64,000 nucleotides of DNA from Candidatus Cloacimonadota bacterium (GCA_018645365.1 JABGOP010000002.1:3409-67408), one strand, 5' to 3'; numbered from the stretch's first letter, positions 22,440 through 32,694 are shown. Translations and numbers: made by a program. The notes: generated by a model not told the origin, from the sequence alone.

Positions 22440-23892
22440 AAAACAGGCTACATATCTTTTTGTTGGAAGAATATTAGCATTTGTTTTTCAAATACTAATT
22501 CCAATTATATTTGTTAGATTATTGCCACTTGAAACTTATGGTGCGTATCAAAAAATAATCCTCATTTGTTTATTTTTTGCACCACTTTTGCAATTTGGAA
22601 TGAGTAATAGTTTATTGTATTTTTATCCAATAGTGTCTGGAAGACAAAAGCAATTGTTAACAAACACATTCTATTTCTTGTTGACTATTGGAATACTTTT
22701 TTCTGTTTTGTTGGTTTTCTTTAAAAACGAAGTCGCCTCATTGTTTAATACTCTTGAGTTTGTAGATTTAATTTATCCTTCAGCACTTTTCATACTTTTT
22801 TATTTAGTTTCTGAAATAATTGAAAAAATATTTATTGTCGAACAAAAAAATGAAATGCTTGCTATATATCATTTACTTAATCAAAGTTTTAGAGTAATAT
22901 TTCTTTTAGTTGCAATAATAATCTTTCGATCATTATCAGCTTTAATATGGGCATTAGTGTTTTTTGTTCTAATAAAAGTCATTTTTTTGTTTTTATATTT
23001 AACGATTAATTATGGTATGAAATTTTCATTGATTTCAATAAAAGACTTAAAGGAACAATTTAAATATGCTTTGCCAATGGGTATGGGTAAAATTATTGGT
23101 ACGATAGGAAAAAAAATTGATAAATTTATTTTGGCATCACTGTTGATATCTTCTGATTATGCAATTTATTCGGTTGCTAACTTTAAACTTCCTTTTGTAC
23201 AACTAATCTACACATCAATTGGAAGCGTAGCTTTACCAAAATTATCAAAAATACGTGATAATGGAATTGAAGAAATAAGACAAATATGGCATAAGATGAT
23301 TGTCACATATACCTTAATAACCATACCATTTCTTATATATTTTGAATTGGTAGCGAAAGAGTTCATATTGTTTTTGTATACCGAAAAATATATTGAGAGT
23401 ATTACTCCGTTTAGATTTTTTTTATTAATCATGTTATTTCAGATGTTAAGTTACGGAACAATTTTGAAAGCATATGCCAAAACGAGATTTATTTTCAAAT
23501 CTAATCTAATAGTAATGGTTATTGGATTTCCAATATCTCTTAGTCTTATTAAGATGATGGGGACAGTGGGCGGAGCTATTTCTGCTCTGATAATTTTTGG
23601 CTTGAATGCGATTATACAAGTCTACAAAACAAAGCAAATCTTGAAATTAAAATTGAGTGATTTATTGCCATGGGAGCAGTTAATGAAAATAAGTATTATT
23701 TCGTTAATACCTGTGCCTTTGATTTTTTTAGCGATTAAATTTTCTTTTAATAGATTTTTGTTTTTAGTGGTAACGACACTTTTGTATTTTTTAAGCATTC
23801 TCATTATTTTTACAAAAATGAAGATGATTGACATTAATATTAAAAAGAAAAAAATTAATTTTCCACTTGTTGAAGGCTTATATGCAAAATAA
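22423..23892 (+). CDS. wzx: Polysaccharide/oligosaccharide flippase (Wzx, MOP superfamily)
   Basis: ATG 22423 preferred (MSSSIKKQATYLFVGRILAFVFQ...). ~12 TM segments, typical Wzx N-terminus. Confidence 0.8.
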   Translation: MSSSIKKQATYLFVGRILAFVFQILIPIIFVRLLPLETYGAYQKIILICLFFAPLLQFGMSNSLLYFYPIVSGRQKQLLTNTFYFLLTIGILFSVLLVFFKNEVASLFNTLEFVDLIYPSALFILFYLVSEIIEKIFIVEQKNEMLAIYHLLNQSFRVIFLLVAIIIFRSLSALIWALVFFVLIKVIFLFLYLTINYGMKFSLISIKDLKEQFKYALPMGMGKIIGTIGKKIDKFILASLLISSDYAIYSVANFKLPFVQLIYTSIGSVALPKLSKIRDNGIEEIRQIWHKMIVTYTLITIPFLIYFELVAKEFILFLYTEKYIESITPFRFFLLIMLFQMLSYGTILKAYAKTRFIFKSNLIVMVIGFPISLSLIKMMGTVGGAISALIIFGLNAIIQVYKTKQILKLKLSDLLPWEQLMKISIISLIPVPLIFLAIKFSFNRFLFLVVTTLLYFLSILIIFTKMKMIDINIKKKKINFPLVEGLYAK

Positions 23893-25282
23893 AATTCAAT
23901 CAATATTTTGTTGTATGAATGAAGAAAAAATACGATATTGTCAATGGAAAAGTTCTTTGAACTTAACAAATTCATTTGCTGGAAAAACTGATTTTGACAT
24001 ATTGGTAGACAGAAAAGATATTAACAAACTGCTCTCTCTCTTAATTAATAAGGGATTTAAGCGTAGGCAAAGCACATATGATAAAACCTATCATTCGATG
24101 GAAGATTATATTGGATTTGATTCTGCAACAGGTAGGTTGATTCATTTTCATTTGCATTATACACTAATCATGGGAAAGAAATTAACTAAAAATATTCGTA
24201 TACCAATAGAAAAATTTGTGTTAGATAATACTATGATTGATAACAATTTTGGAATAAAAATAATACAACCAGAGATTGAATTATTTTTATTATCTTTTAG
24301 GATTATGCTAAAGACAAAAATCGGTAAATCATTAATCCTAACGATGTTAAAACACAAAAGATATCTTCCCCAAAATATTATTAATGAATACAATTATTTA
24401 TTTGCGAAAATAGATTTTGACGAATTTGAAAAAATAGGTAATTTATACTTTATGGAATTCTACAAAGATGTCAAATTATTGGTCAATAATTTGAATATAA
24501 AACTAAATATTTTTAAGTTTTTCAAGATAAAAAAACGAATTGAGCGAAAATTACTGAAATATAAAAGATTTGATTCGCTTGAGAAAAAATGTGAATATCA
24601 AATACGGAAATTTTCCTCAAAGAATAGCAGAAACTTTTTGTCTTCAGGCGGTTTATCAATTGCATTTATTGGTGCAGATGGTTCTGGCAAGTCTACAATT
24701 ACGGAAGAAATAACGCATTGGTTAAATTGGAAATTGTCTGTTAGAAGAATATATATGGGGATTCCTAAAAAAGACAAAATGTGTATTATCCTTGGATATT
24801 TAGGTAATATAGCAAGAAAGCTACAATTATTAAAATTTGAAAAGTACATTTTTAATTTTAGGTGGCTTTATGTATCATACTATAGAAAGAAAAATTTTTA
24901 TCAATCACAAAAGTTTAAAAACCAAGGATATATTATTGTTTTTGATAGATACCCGTTAGATTTTTTCAGTAAAATGGAAAAACCTATGGATGGCGAACGA
25001 ATTGATTCTACTTCAATACTGAGCTGTAAGGAAAAGAAAAACTATCAACAAATTAAACTACCCGACGAAATGATTTGTTTGAGAGTCACATTACAGCAGT
25101 CAATAAATAGGAAGAAAGAACATCAGTTAAGTTTAATACAAGGAACAATTAAAAATAAAATTGAAGCAATAGATTCTTTAGTTAATGCAAATATTAGCAA
25201 GAAAATAAAAGTAATAAATTCTGATTGTGATTTAAATTCAAAGATATTAAAAATTAAAAAAATAATTTGGGATATGTTATAA
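23882..25282 (+). CDS. Fusion protein: uncharacterised nucleotidyltransferase-fold domain + thymidylate-kinase-like P-loop kinase domain (copy 1)
   Basis: ATG 23882 preferred. N-domain has KTDFDILVDRKD...GFKRR...IHFHLHY (D-x-D NTase-like). C-domain has IAFIGADGSGKSTI...VFDRYPLD (Tmk-like P-loop and DRY). Confidence 0.6.
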   Translation: MQNKIQSIFCCMNEEKIRYCQWKSSLNLTNSFAGKTDFDILVDRKDINKLLSLLINKGFKRRQSTYDKTYHSMEDYIGFDSATGRLIHFHLHYTLIMGKKLTKNIRIPIEKFVLDNTMIDNNFGIKIIQPEIELFLLSFRIMLKTKIGKSLILTMLKHKRYLPQNIINEYNYLFAKIDFDEFEKIGNLYFMEFYKDVKLLVNNLNIKLNIFKFFKIKKRIERKLLKYKRFDSLEKKCEYQIRKFSSKNSRNFLSSGGLSIAFIGADGSGKSTITEEITHWLNWKLSVRRIYMGIPKKDKMCIILGYLGNIARKLQLLKFEKYIFNFRWLYVSYYRKKNFYQSQKFKNQGYIIVFDRYPLDFFSKMEKPMDGERIDSTSILSCKEKKNYQQIKLPDEMICLRVTLQQSINRKKEHQLSLIQGTIKNKIEAIDSLVNANISKKIKVINSDCDLNSKILKIKKIIWDML

Positions 25283-25284
25283 TA

Positions 25285-26046
25285 ATGAAAAGAATAGAAA
25301 TTACTGGATTACCTGGAAGTGGAAAATCGACATTATTGCCTTTAATTAAAGATGGCTTTAAAGAACTTGGAGCAATTCTAACAGAAAAAGATTTAGTAGA
25401 TAGATTGATTAAAAAAAAGTATTTTATGTTTTCACCAATTTTCAGATTATTAACAATGTCTTTCAGAAATAAACTATTTAATAAACTATATAAATTTAAT
25501 ATTAAATCCAATAAATTAGAACCAAAATACATTCAGTTATTGAGTTTTATAAATGATTTAAATTCACAAAGAAGAATTTCAAATAATGAAGCGGTAAAAA
25601 TTATGAGTTGGTTTTATAATTTGATATCCGTGATGTCTTTAGCAGAAAAATTTATACATAAGCAAGAATACTTTTTGATAGACGAATCTTTTGTACATAG
25701 AGCTCAATCACTATTTATTTCAAAAGAAGAACCAGTTTTACGAAAAGAGATGCTAAAGAAATATCTAAAAATAATAGATGCACCCGAATACCTATTATTT
25801 ATTGAGGCGAATATTGAGGTTTGTATTTCAAGACTTAAAAAACGAGGATTCCCAGTCAGATTTTTAAAATACACAGCTGAAGAAATTAATCTTGTATTTC
25901 AGAATTCAGAAAAATTATTATTTAATGTCAGTGAAACATTTACGGAGAGTAATACAAAAATTATTAAGTTGAATAATAATTTAACGCATGAAGATTATTT
26001 TAGTATTAAGGAACAAATATGGAACGAACTAAAAGAAAAAAAATGA
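25285..26046 (+). CDS. Stand-alone P-loop kinase-like protein
   Basis: Walker A ITGLPGSGKSTLL, Walker-B-like YFLIDESF, RLKKRG. No closer family recognised. Confidence 0.5.
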   Translation: MKRIEITGLPGSGKSTLLPLIKDGFKELGAILTEKDLVDRLIKKKYFMFSPIFRLLTMSFRNKLFNKLYKFNIKSNKLEPKYIQLLSFINDLNSQRRISNNEAVKIMSWFYNLISVMSLAEKFIHKQEYFLIDESFVHRAQSLFISKEEPVLRKEMLKKYLKIIDAPEYLLFIEANIEVCISRLKKRGFPVRFLKYTAEEINLVFQNSEKLLFNVSETFTESNTKIIKLNNNLTHEDYFSIKEQIWNELKEKK

Positions 26047-27143
26047 AATTGTTATTTTATGATTTTGAAATTCCGTATTTGCTTAACGACTCAAACTATC
26101 CTGTTGGAGGGGCATGCGTTAGACAATATGCTTTTTCTATTGGTTTAAGCTTTTTAGGGCAAGATGTAGGTGTTTTAACTTGGAAAGGCGCAAATAAATT
26201 TGTGAAATCACAACAGCCATTTAAATTGGTAGAGAGCTACTCGATAGAAAGAGGCATTAGGGTTATTAGATGGATATACTATAGATTTCCCCAATTATTA
26301 CGAGCTATTTTAAATTTTAAACCAGATTTTATTTTTCAAAAATGTGCTGGGGCAAATGTTGGAATTATGGCAATAGTTGGGGTATTACTCAACAAACCTT
26401 TTATCTATATTTCTGCAAATGATACTGATGCAGATGATAGATACAAAAGAAATTTAAATTTCATCAATATGATTTTTTATAAATTTGGATTAAAATTATC
26501 ACAGGGAATAATTTGCCAAAATGAATATCAATACAAACAATTTAAAAAAAAATTTCCCCAAAAAAGAATTACACTGATTAAAAACCCTTTTGTTATGAAA
26601 GAAAAAATTGGAATTAACCCCAAAGCAAAAAGAAAATACATTGCTTGGGTTGGAGTATTTCAACATCAAAAAAACCTGTCTGCTCTTTATCGTATTGCCA
26701 ATCAAAATCTTGATTTAGAATTTCATGTTGCTGGCAAAAATAGTTCAAGTATCGATGGGAATACAAAAAATGCATTAGATAAATTGCGAGCATTACCTAA
26801 TGTTAAATTTGTAGGTTACTTATCTCGTACTGACATTTTAGGCTTTTTATCAAAAGCTTATGCTTTATTAAATACATCTCATTTTGAGGGATTTTCAAAC
26901 ACTTTTTTAGAATCTTTTGCAGTTGGAACTCCAATAATAAGTTTAAATGTAAACCCCGACAACATTATTACAAAATATGATTTAGGAGATATGATTAGCT
27001 TAGAAAGTAATTCACATGTTTTTAAGAAGTTATTAGATTCTTATGATTATCTAAAAGAAGGAATTAAAATCCAAAAATATTTAACTTCAAATCATGACTA
27101 TATTAATATTGCCAATCAATTTTTAGATTTTCTGGAAGATTAA
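26043..27143 (+). CDS. Glycosyltransferase, GT-B fold (GT4-like)
   Basis: ATGA overlap. C-terminal EGFSNTFLESFAVGTPII (E-x7-E region). Confidence 0.8.
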   Translation: MKLLFYDFEIPYLLNDSNYPVGGACVRQYAFSIGLSFLGQDVGVLTWKGANKFVKSQQPFKLVESYSIERGIRVIRWIYYRFPQLLRAILNFKPDFIFQKCAGANVGIMAIVGVLLNKPFIYISANDTDADDRYKRNLNFINMIFYKFGLKLSQGIICQNEYQYKQFKKKFPQKRITLIKNPFVMKEKIGINPKAKRKYIAWVGVFQHQKNLSALYRIANQNLDLEFHVAGKNSSSIDGNTKNALDKLRALPNVKFVGYLSRTDILGFLSKAYALLNTSHFEGFSNTFLESFAVGTPIISLNVNPDNIITKYDLGDMISLESNSHVFKKLLDSYDYLKEGIKIQKYLTSNHDYINIANQFLDFLED

Positions 27144-27144
27144 T

Positions 27145-28458
27145 ATGATGACATACATATTGTTAATAATGTTTTTGGGGTTTATCTATATTACCATTAG
27201 ATTATTTCAAAGTGAAGTAGCTTTTAATTTAACAAGATTTAATGAATTTATTTTGTATGTATTAATTTTTCTTAGAATCATTAGTATTTATAAAGTGCCA
27301 TTTATACCTATTGCTCCCGATAATATTTTTTATGGTTTTATTTTTTTAATATTCGTTGTTTTCAATAAATTATATTCGGCTGCATTTAACAAACAAATAA
27401 AAGTCATACTACTTACCTATGTATTTTATCAACTATTGAAAATGTTCACAAGCTATTTAGAAATAGGAAGAACTGAAATCTTGCAATGGTGGATTTTACG
27501 GGACTACTTTCTGTTAGTATCATTTGTTATTACCATTAATCGACAAAATTTTTATAAGTATTTAAAATGGTTTACGATAGTTCTTTCAATATCGATGTTA
27601 TTTGGTTTACTTATTTATTTTATAGGAGAACCATTTGCTTCATTAAGATTAAAAATTATCAATAACCCTACGATGCATTATTACGGTAAAGGAGAGCGAG
27701 TAGTTGGACTGAATTATAGTATTTTTTCATTTGCCTACCCATTAACTATTTTGCCAATTTTGCTTCTTACTATTTATAAAATATCATCAAAACACTATTT
27801 GATTATTTTGATGGTATTTTCTTTTTTAGGTCTTATTTTAAATGGTGAAAGAATTAGTTTAGCTTTAGCATCTTTTGTAATGTTATTATTAATAAATAGA
27901 TGGTTTAATGCAGGCAGGAAAATATTTTTGTTAATATTTTTGGTGTTAGCAATAATTTTATTTCAATCGGTGATGCTTTCTTCTGATAAAAACCAAGATA
28001 CAATAGGGGCAGTAAGTAGAATACAAAGCACAACATCTGATGAGTTATCCATTCGTTTTTATAAACAATATGCAGGCTTAGTTACGGTATTTAAACATCC
28101 ATTAACGGGTGGGACGAATAATAATTTTAAGAATGAGACATATGCTTTGTATGGAGGTGTGGGTAATTATTCGCATAATGCTATAATTAATATCGGAATG
28201 TATGCTGGATTTGGAGGTTGGTTATTATTTATGTTTTTTTTCTCAAATATTTTGTCACAAATAAAAAAGATGTCTTTAAAATCAAAAATTATAAATCAAG
28301 GAGTTGTTTTTTCTTTTGCAAGTTTAATGGGGGTATCTCTATTTCATAATGATGGTATTTTTGAAGGAGAAACAGTTTCTTTGATATTGTTAGGTTTTAT
28401 ATTAGGTAGTTCAAAATATTGTAATAATAAACTTAATTTAAACACAAGAGATGATTAA
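27145..28458 (+). CDS. O-antigen polymerase/ligase-like membrane protein (Wzy-like)
   Basis: 437 aa, ~10-12 TM segments, one large loop, extremely AT-rich codons. Assignment is by architecture and context only. Confidence 0.6.
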   Translation: MMTYILLIMFLGFIYITIRLFQSEVAFNLTRFNEFILYVLIFLRIISIYKVPFIPIAPDNIFYGFIFLIFVVFNKLYSAAFNKQIKVILLTYVFYQLLKMFTSYLEIGRTEILQWWILRDYFLLVSFVITINRQNFYKYLKWFTIVLSISMLFGLLIYFIGEPFASLRLKIINNPTMHYYGKGERVVGLNYSIFSFAYPLTILPILLLTIYKISSKHYLIILMVFSFLGLILNGERISLALASFVMLLLINRWFNAGRKIFLLIFLVLAIILFQSVMLSSDKNQDTIGAVSRIQSTTSDELSIRFYKQYAGLVTVFKHPLTGGTNNNFKNETYALYGGVGNYSHNAIINIGMYAGFGGWLLFMFFFSNILSQIKKMSLKSKIINQGVVFSFASLMGVSLFHNDGIFEGETVSLILLGFILGSSKYCNNKLNLNTRDD

Positions 28459-28461
28459 GCT

Positions 28462-29610
28462 ATGATAATAAGTATTAATTTTTTTGGGATATTATTTTTT
28501 GCAGTATTAGTTTATTGGTTAATTCCGATACAAAGATATAGAGTGTTATTTCTTTCATTTATAAGTTTATTTTTTGTTGGTATTTATGATATTAATGCAA
28601 CTATTCTAATTATAAGTTTATCAATTTTTAGTTATTCAATTAGCAGTTTGATACAAGCTAATAAAAATAATTATTTTTTTCATAAACTGGGGATTATAGG
28701 GTTAATTGCCATCTTAGTCATTTTTAAATATTTAGGATTATTAACGGAAACGATAAATCATTTAAGTGAATTTGTATCATTCTTTCCGCAAATTCGTATA
28801 AAACACATTTTATTGCCATTGGGAATATCATACATTATCTTTAAGCATGTCAGTTATATTACAGATGTTTATTGGAAAGTGATAAAAAAAGGAGATTTTC
28901 TTGATTTTTTATGTTATAGTTCTCTATTTACAATTTTTGTAGCGGGTCCAATTGAAAGATTTGAAAGTTTTTCGCCACAAATATTAAAATTACAACGATT
29001 TGAAAATTCTAACCTGGCATTTTTCTTCCGAAGGCTTATTTATGGGTTATTCAAAAAATTAGTGATTGCTAACTGGATTGGATATTTTATTAGTCCATAT
29101 TTACAAAATTACAACACAGAAAACATATTAGTAAAGATGTTGGTGTTATGTGGATTTTCAATGCAAATATATACAGATTTTTCGGGTTATAGCGATATAG
29201 CAATTGGAAGTTCTAGATTATTCGGACTTAGAATAAAGGAAAATTTTAATTGGCCATATATTCAATCAAATATTAGCGAATTTTGGAGACATTGGCATAT
29301 TTCGCTTTATAAATGGTTCAGAGATTATCTATACATCCCATTAGGTGGTTCCCGCAAAGGATCAAAGAGGACAATGCTTAATGTGATAATTGTATTTATG
29401 TTGTGTGGTCTTTGGCATGGAGCTTCTTGGAATTTTTTATTTTGGGGTCTTTGGCATGGAGTAGGAATATCAATTTATCAAGTTTGGCAAAATTTAAAAA
29501 AGAATAATGATAAATTACAAAAAATTACATGTGGATCGGTGTATAAATGCTTTAGTACTTTGATCACATTCTTATTTGTAACGATAGGTTGGTGGTGGTG
29601 GATAAAATAA
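28462..29610 (+). CDS. MBOAT-family membrane O-acyltransferase (AlgI/DltB-like)
   Basis: Signature SEFWRHWHISLYKWFRDYLYIPLGGSRKG with the conserved His. 382 aa, shorter than typical. Confidence 0.8.
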   Translation: MIISINFFGILFFAVLVYWLIPIQRYRVLFLSFISLFFVGIYDINATILIISLSIFSYSISSLIQANKNNYFFHKLGIIGLIAILVIFKYLGLLTETINHLSEFVSFFPQIRIKHILLPLGISYIIFKHVSYITDVYWKVIKKGDFLDFLCYSSLFTIFVAGPIERFESFSPQILKLQRFENSNLAFFFRRLIYGLFKKLVIANWIGYFISPYLQNYNTENILVKMLVLCGFSMQIYTDFSGYSDIAIGSSRLFGLRIKENFNWPYIQSNISEFWRHWHISLYKWFRDYLYIPLGGSRKGSKRTMLNVIIVFMLCGLWHGASWNFLFWGLWHGVGISIYQVWQNLKKNNDKLQKITCGSVYKCFSTLITFLFVTIGWWWWIK

Positions 29611-30563
29611 AAAAGTTTATTTTGTTAGTAATTGCGATATTTGTTTCTTTCGTCATTACGGAGGTATTCATTCGAGTTGTAATTGGTTACCCTGTTTCGG
29701 GTGAATTGATGAAGATTATAGGTATCTCTGGCCCTAAATCTTATGGAAAACTTTATGAACCTCATTCAAAATATTGGAATGTTGAAGGTGGAAATAATGT
29801 TTTTGAAAGAAATAATGTTGGGCTTCCAGGATTAGATATTATTACTTCAGATTCAACTGGTTATGTTTTAGTATTGGGTTCTTCTGTGGTTGAGGCGCAA
29901 CAAGTTCCTCGAAACCAAATGGCTACATCAGTTTTTCATGACTTGCTTACGAAAGAAAACGATAAATATCAGATTGTGAATTTAGGGACGAGTGGAGTAA
30001 ATCCTTATCAGCAATGGTTTAGGACATGTTATTTTGAAAGTCTGTATGAGCCGAGTGTAGTTATCATGGTATTAGATGAACATTCTTATGAATATTTATC
30101 GAGGATAAAAAGTCAAAAACTTAATTTTGATTTACCTAATCGATTTGGAGAAGAACACGACATTAGTTTAACTAAACAAATATCGCATTTCTTGAAAAAT
30201 AACCTTTCAACTCTCAATATTCTTTTTCAAAACATACATAATTTACAACCGACAAAAAAACAAGATAATAAAAAATATGCAAAATATGATGTTGATATCT
30301 CATTGGAAAAATTAGAAATTTGTATTTCTGAATTTCAAAAAAAATACAAAGAAAAGTTTATTTTAATATCTATTTTAAATGATAAAGAAATAAATAATGA
30401 AATTCAAAAAATATGTAATAATAAAAAACTAAATTATTTTATTGACGATTCTACACAAAGTTCAATAAATAGATTTCACGGTACAGGTCATCTTAATGTA
30501 CGAGGAAATAGAGGATTAGGAGTTCTGTTGCATGAAGTTTTCAAAAAAAGTTTTATTGAATAA
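29589..30563 (+). CDS. Membrane-anchored DltD/AlgJ/AlgX-like (SGNH-like) partner of the MBOAT
   Basis: N-terminal TM FILLVIAIFVSFVITEVFI, LVLGSSVVE block, C-terminal GTGHLNVRGNRGLG. Only non-ATG starts are available (TTG 29589 or GTG 29592-29598). Confidence 0.55.
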   Translation: MVVVDKIKKFILLVIAIFVSFVITEVFIRVVIGYPVSGELMKIIGISGPKSYGKLYEPHSKYWNVEGGNNVFERNNVGLPGLDIITSDSTGYVLVLGSSVVEAQQVPRNQMATSVFHDLLTKENDKYQIVNLGTSGVNPYQQWFRTCYFESLYEPSVVIMVLDEHSYEYLSRIKSQKLNFDLPNRFGEEHDISLTKQISHFLKNNLSTLNILFQNIHNLQPTKKQDNKKYAKYDVDISLEKLEICISEFQKKYKEKFILISILNDKEINNEIQKICNNKKLNYFIDDSTQSSINRFHGTGHLNVRGNRGLGVLLHEVFKKSFIE

Positions 30564-30749
30564 GGATTTTAGATATTTTGTCAAATGGATATTTTTATTT
30601 ACATTGTTATTTTTATCCATTTTTTTAGGATCTTTACAGAAAATTATTTCTTCACAAAATAATCCTTTTTTTTACGAAAATTTTTAAATGATAAAAATAA
30701 TGACAATCAGAGAGATTAATTAATGCAAAAATGATAAGGAGTGTGCTTT

Positions 30750-31694
30750 ATGAATGACACAAAAATTTTAGTTACTGGGGGAGCAGGTTTTATTGGCTCT
30801 CACTTGACTAAAGAGTTAGTGAAGAGAGGTTATCAAGTAGTTGTTTTAGATAATTTGTCGAGAAATGTTAACCATGTTGAAGATTTATGGAAAGAAGGTG
30901 AAATTAAATTTCTTAAGGGGGATATACGGGAAAAAGCACATGTTTTAACGGCTATGAAAGGGGTAGATTATGTATTTCATCAAGCCGCGGCTTGTTTGAA
31001 TAGATGTAAAGCATTTCCAAAAGAGGCAATCGAAGTAAATTTAGAAGGTTCATATAATGTGTTTGGGGCTGCCATTCACGAGAATGTTAAAAAAGTGATT
31101 TATGCATCTACTTCTAGTGTTTATGGACAACCCAATTATTTACCAATGGATGAAAAACATCCGACAAATGCTAGAGAACCTTATGGTGCTACAAAACTTT
31201 GTGTCGATAAATTTATGGAATTTTTGTCAGCAAAACATGGTTTGAAATACATAGGTTTTAGATATTTTAATGTATATGGTACATATCAAAGTGTAGATGC
31301 CTATTACACCTCTGTAATTAATATTTTTATAAAGAGAATATTAAATGGGCAGTCTCCAAGAATTAATGGTGATGGTGAACAATCTATGGATTTCACACAT
31401 GTTTCTGATGTTGTAGCTGCCAATATAGCTGCTCTTAACAGCGATGTTGAAAATGAAATGTTCAATGTTGGCTATGGTCAAGAAAATTCTTTAAAAATGT
31501 TGGCAAATTTTATTTTAACTTATCTTGGCTCAGATTTAAAGCCAGAATTTATTCCACGAGAAATTTTGGTTTCTAGACGCAGGTGCGATAATTCAAAATT
31601 GAAAAAACTACTCAGAGTCGAATGCAAGATTGATTTGGAAACTGGTTTGAAAGAATTGGTTGAACATGTGAAAAAGTATCCTGAAATATATTAA
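30750..31694 (+). CDS. NAD-dependent sugar epimerase/dehydratase (extended SDR)
   Basis: AAGGAG 30736-30741, ATG 30750. GGAGFIGSHL, YASTSSVYG, YGATKL (YxxxK). Confidence 0.85.
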   Translation: MNDTKILVTGGAGFIGSHLTKELVKRGYQVVVLDNLSRNVNHVEDLWKEGEIKFLKGDIREKAHVLTAMKGVDYVFHQAAACLNRCKAFPKEAIEVNLEGSYNVFGAAIHENVKKVIYASTSSVYGQPNYLPMDEKHPTNAREPYGATKLCVDKFMEFLSAKHGLKYIGFRYFNVYGTYQSVDAYYTSVINIFIKRILNGQSPRINGDGEQSMDFTHVSDVVAANIAALNSDVENEMFNVGYGQENSLKMLANFILTYLGSDLKPEFIPREILVSRRRCDNSKLKKLLRVECKIDLETGLKELVEHVKKYPEIY

Positions 31695-31713
31695 TGCTGG
31701 AAATGTTATAAGG

Positions 31714-32694
31714 ATGGGTTTAAATGTTATTTTTCACGATGCTGTTGAACAAGCAGAACTGAAATTTTTTTTAGAGAATGTTGAGGATGATAGGTTTAGA
31801 TATTATCCGAGTAATTCCCAAAAAGGCAAAGTGGATTATTTATTTTTTCGGATTAACTCATATGCGAATAAATTTGAGAATACAATTTTATATGCTTATG
31901 AAAATAATAAACTGGTTGGTATAATAGGGTTTAGAGAATCAATTTGGGATTCGGATGTTTTTGGCTATAAATGTGCTGTAATCGATTATTTTTTTTCTAA
32001 GAATTGTAATTATTCTGAAAAAACTCGAATTAAAGAAATTCTTCTTAAGCAATTCGATAATTGGTGTAAAAAAAGTAATGTTAGATTTGTTACAGCTCGT
32101 ATTAATGTGTCAGATTTATCCTCAATTCATCTACTTGAGAACCAAAATTTCAGATTCATTGAAAATATTTTATGGCCAATAATTGATTTTAGAAGAGACA
32201 AAGAAGTAAAAGCAGTAAAACATAAAATTAGATTTGCAGATGAAAATGATTCGACTGCATTATCATATCTTGCAAGGAATTTTTATTATCGATGTGGAAG
32301 GTTCCCGGCAGATTCCCATTTTTCAGAGAAAGATGTTGCAAATATGCGCGAAAAATGGATGCAAAATAGTATAAAATCAAACCATAAAATAGTTGTAGTG
32401 GAAACGGATGATGACATTGTAGGCTATTTTATATATTTTATAAATGATGCGATTAAAAAATATTTTGGATTAAAATTTGCTCACTTAAGATCGGCAGTGT
32501 TATCTAGTGAACATAGAGGTTATGGATTGGGTTCCAGTTTGTTTCAAGGAACACTAAATATACTGAGGGAAAAAGTGGATATTGTAGATAGTGGCTTTAT
32601 TACAAGAAATTATCCATCTATGAATTTACACTGGAAAGTTGGCTTAGACAGAGTAGTTTATTCTTGTGCTACATTCCATAAATGGTTTTATTAA
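31714..32694 (+). CDS. Two-domain GNAT N-acetyltransferase (WecD/RffC-like architecture)
   Basis: 326 aa. C-terminal GNAT core SSEHRGYGLGSSLFQGTL. The N-terminal half is also GNAT-like but lacks the Q/RxxGxG motif. Confidence 0.7.
   Translation: MGLNVIFHDAVEQAELKFFLENVEDDRFRYYPSNSQKGKVDYLFFRINSYANKFENTILYAYENNKLVGIIGFRESIWDSDVFGYKCAVIDYFFSKNCNYSEKTRIKEILLKQFDNWCKKSNVRFVTARINVSDLSSIHLLENQNFRFIENILWPIIDFRRDKEVKAVKHKIRFADENDSTALSYLARNFYYRCGRFPADSHFSEKDVANMREKWMQNSIKSNHKIVVVETDDDIVGYFIYFINDAIKKYFGLKFAHLRSAVLSSEHRGYGLGSSLFQGTLNILREKVDIVDSGFITRNYPSMNLHWKVGLDRVVYSCATFHKWFY

Noticed and set aside
26544-26552. Homopolymer tracts as phase-variation switches: A9 in a glycosyltransferase (26544-26552), A10/T10 at the lspA end (55412-55421), T9 upstream of the GH57 gene (58029-58037).
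   Set aside because: A/T runs of 8-10 nt are frequent throughout this AT-rich window, including in housekeeping genes. Without population data there is no evidence of length variation.
30556-30687. 43-codon hydrophobic ORF (TTG start; ...FVKWIFLFTLLFLSIFLGSLQK...) and a 25-codon ATG ORF (30585-30662) in the only large gap of the glycan locus. I also considered a frameshifted C-terminal extension of the DltD-like gene.
   Set aside because: T-rich DNA translates to Phe/Leu/Ile-rich pseudo-TM peptides in any frame. There is no RBS and only a weak start codon. The upstream protein already ends in a plausible C-terminus.
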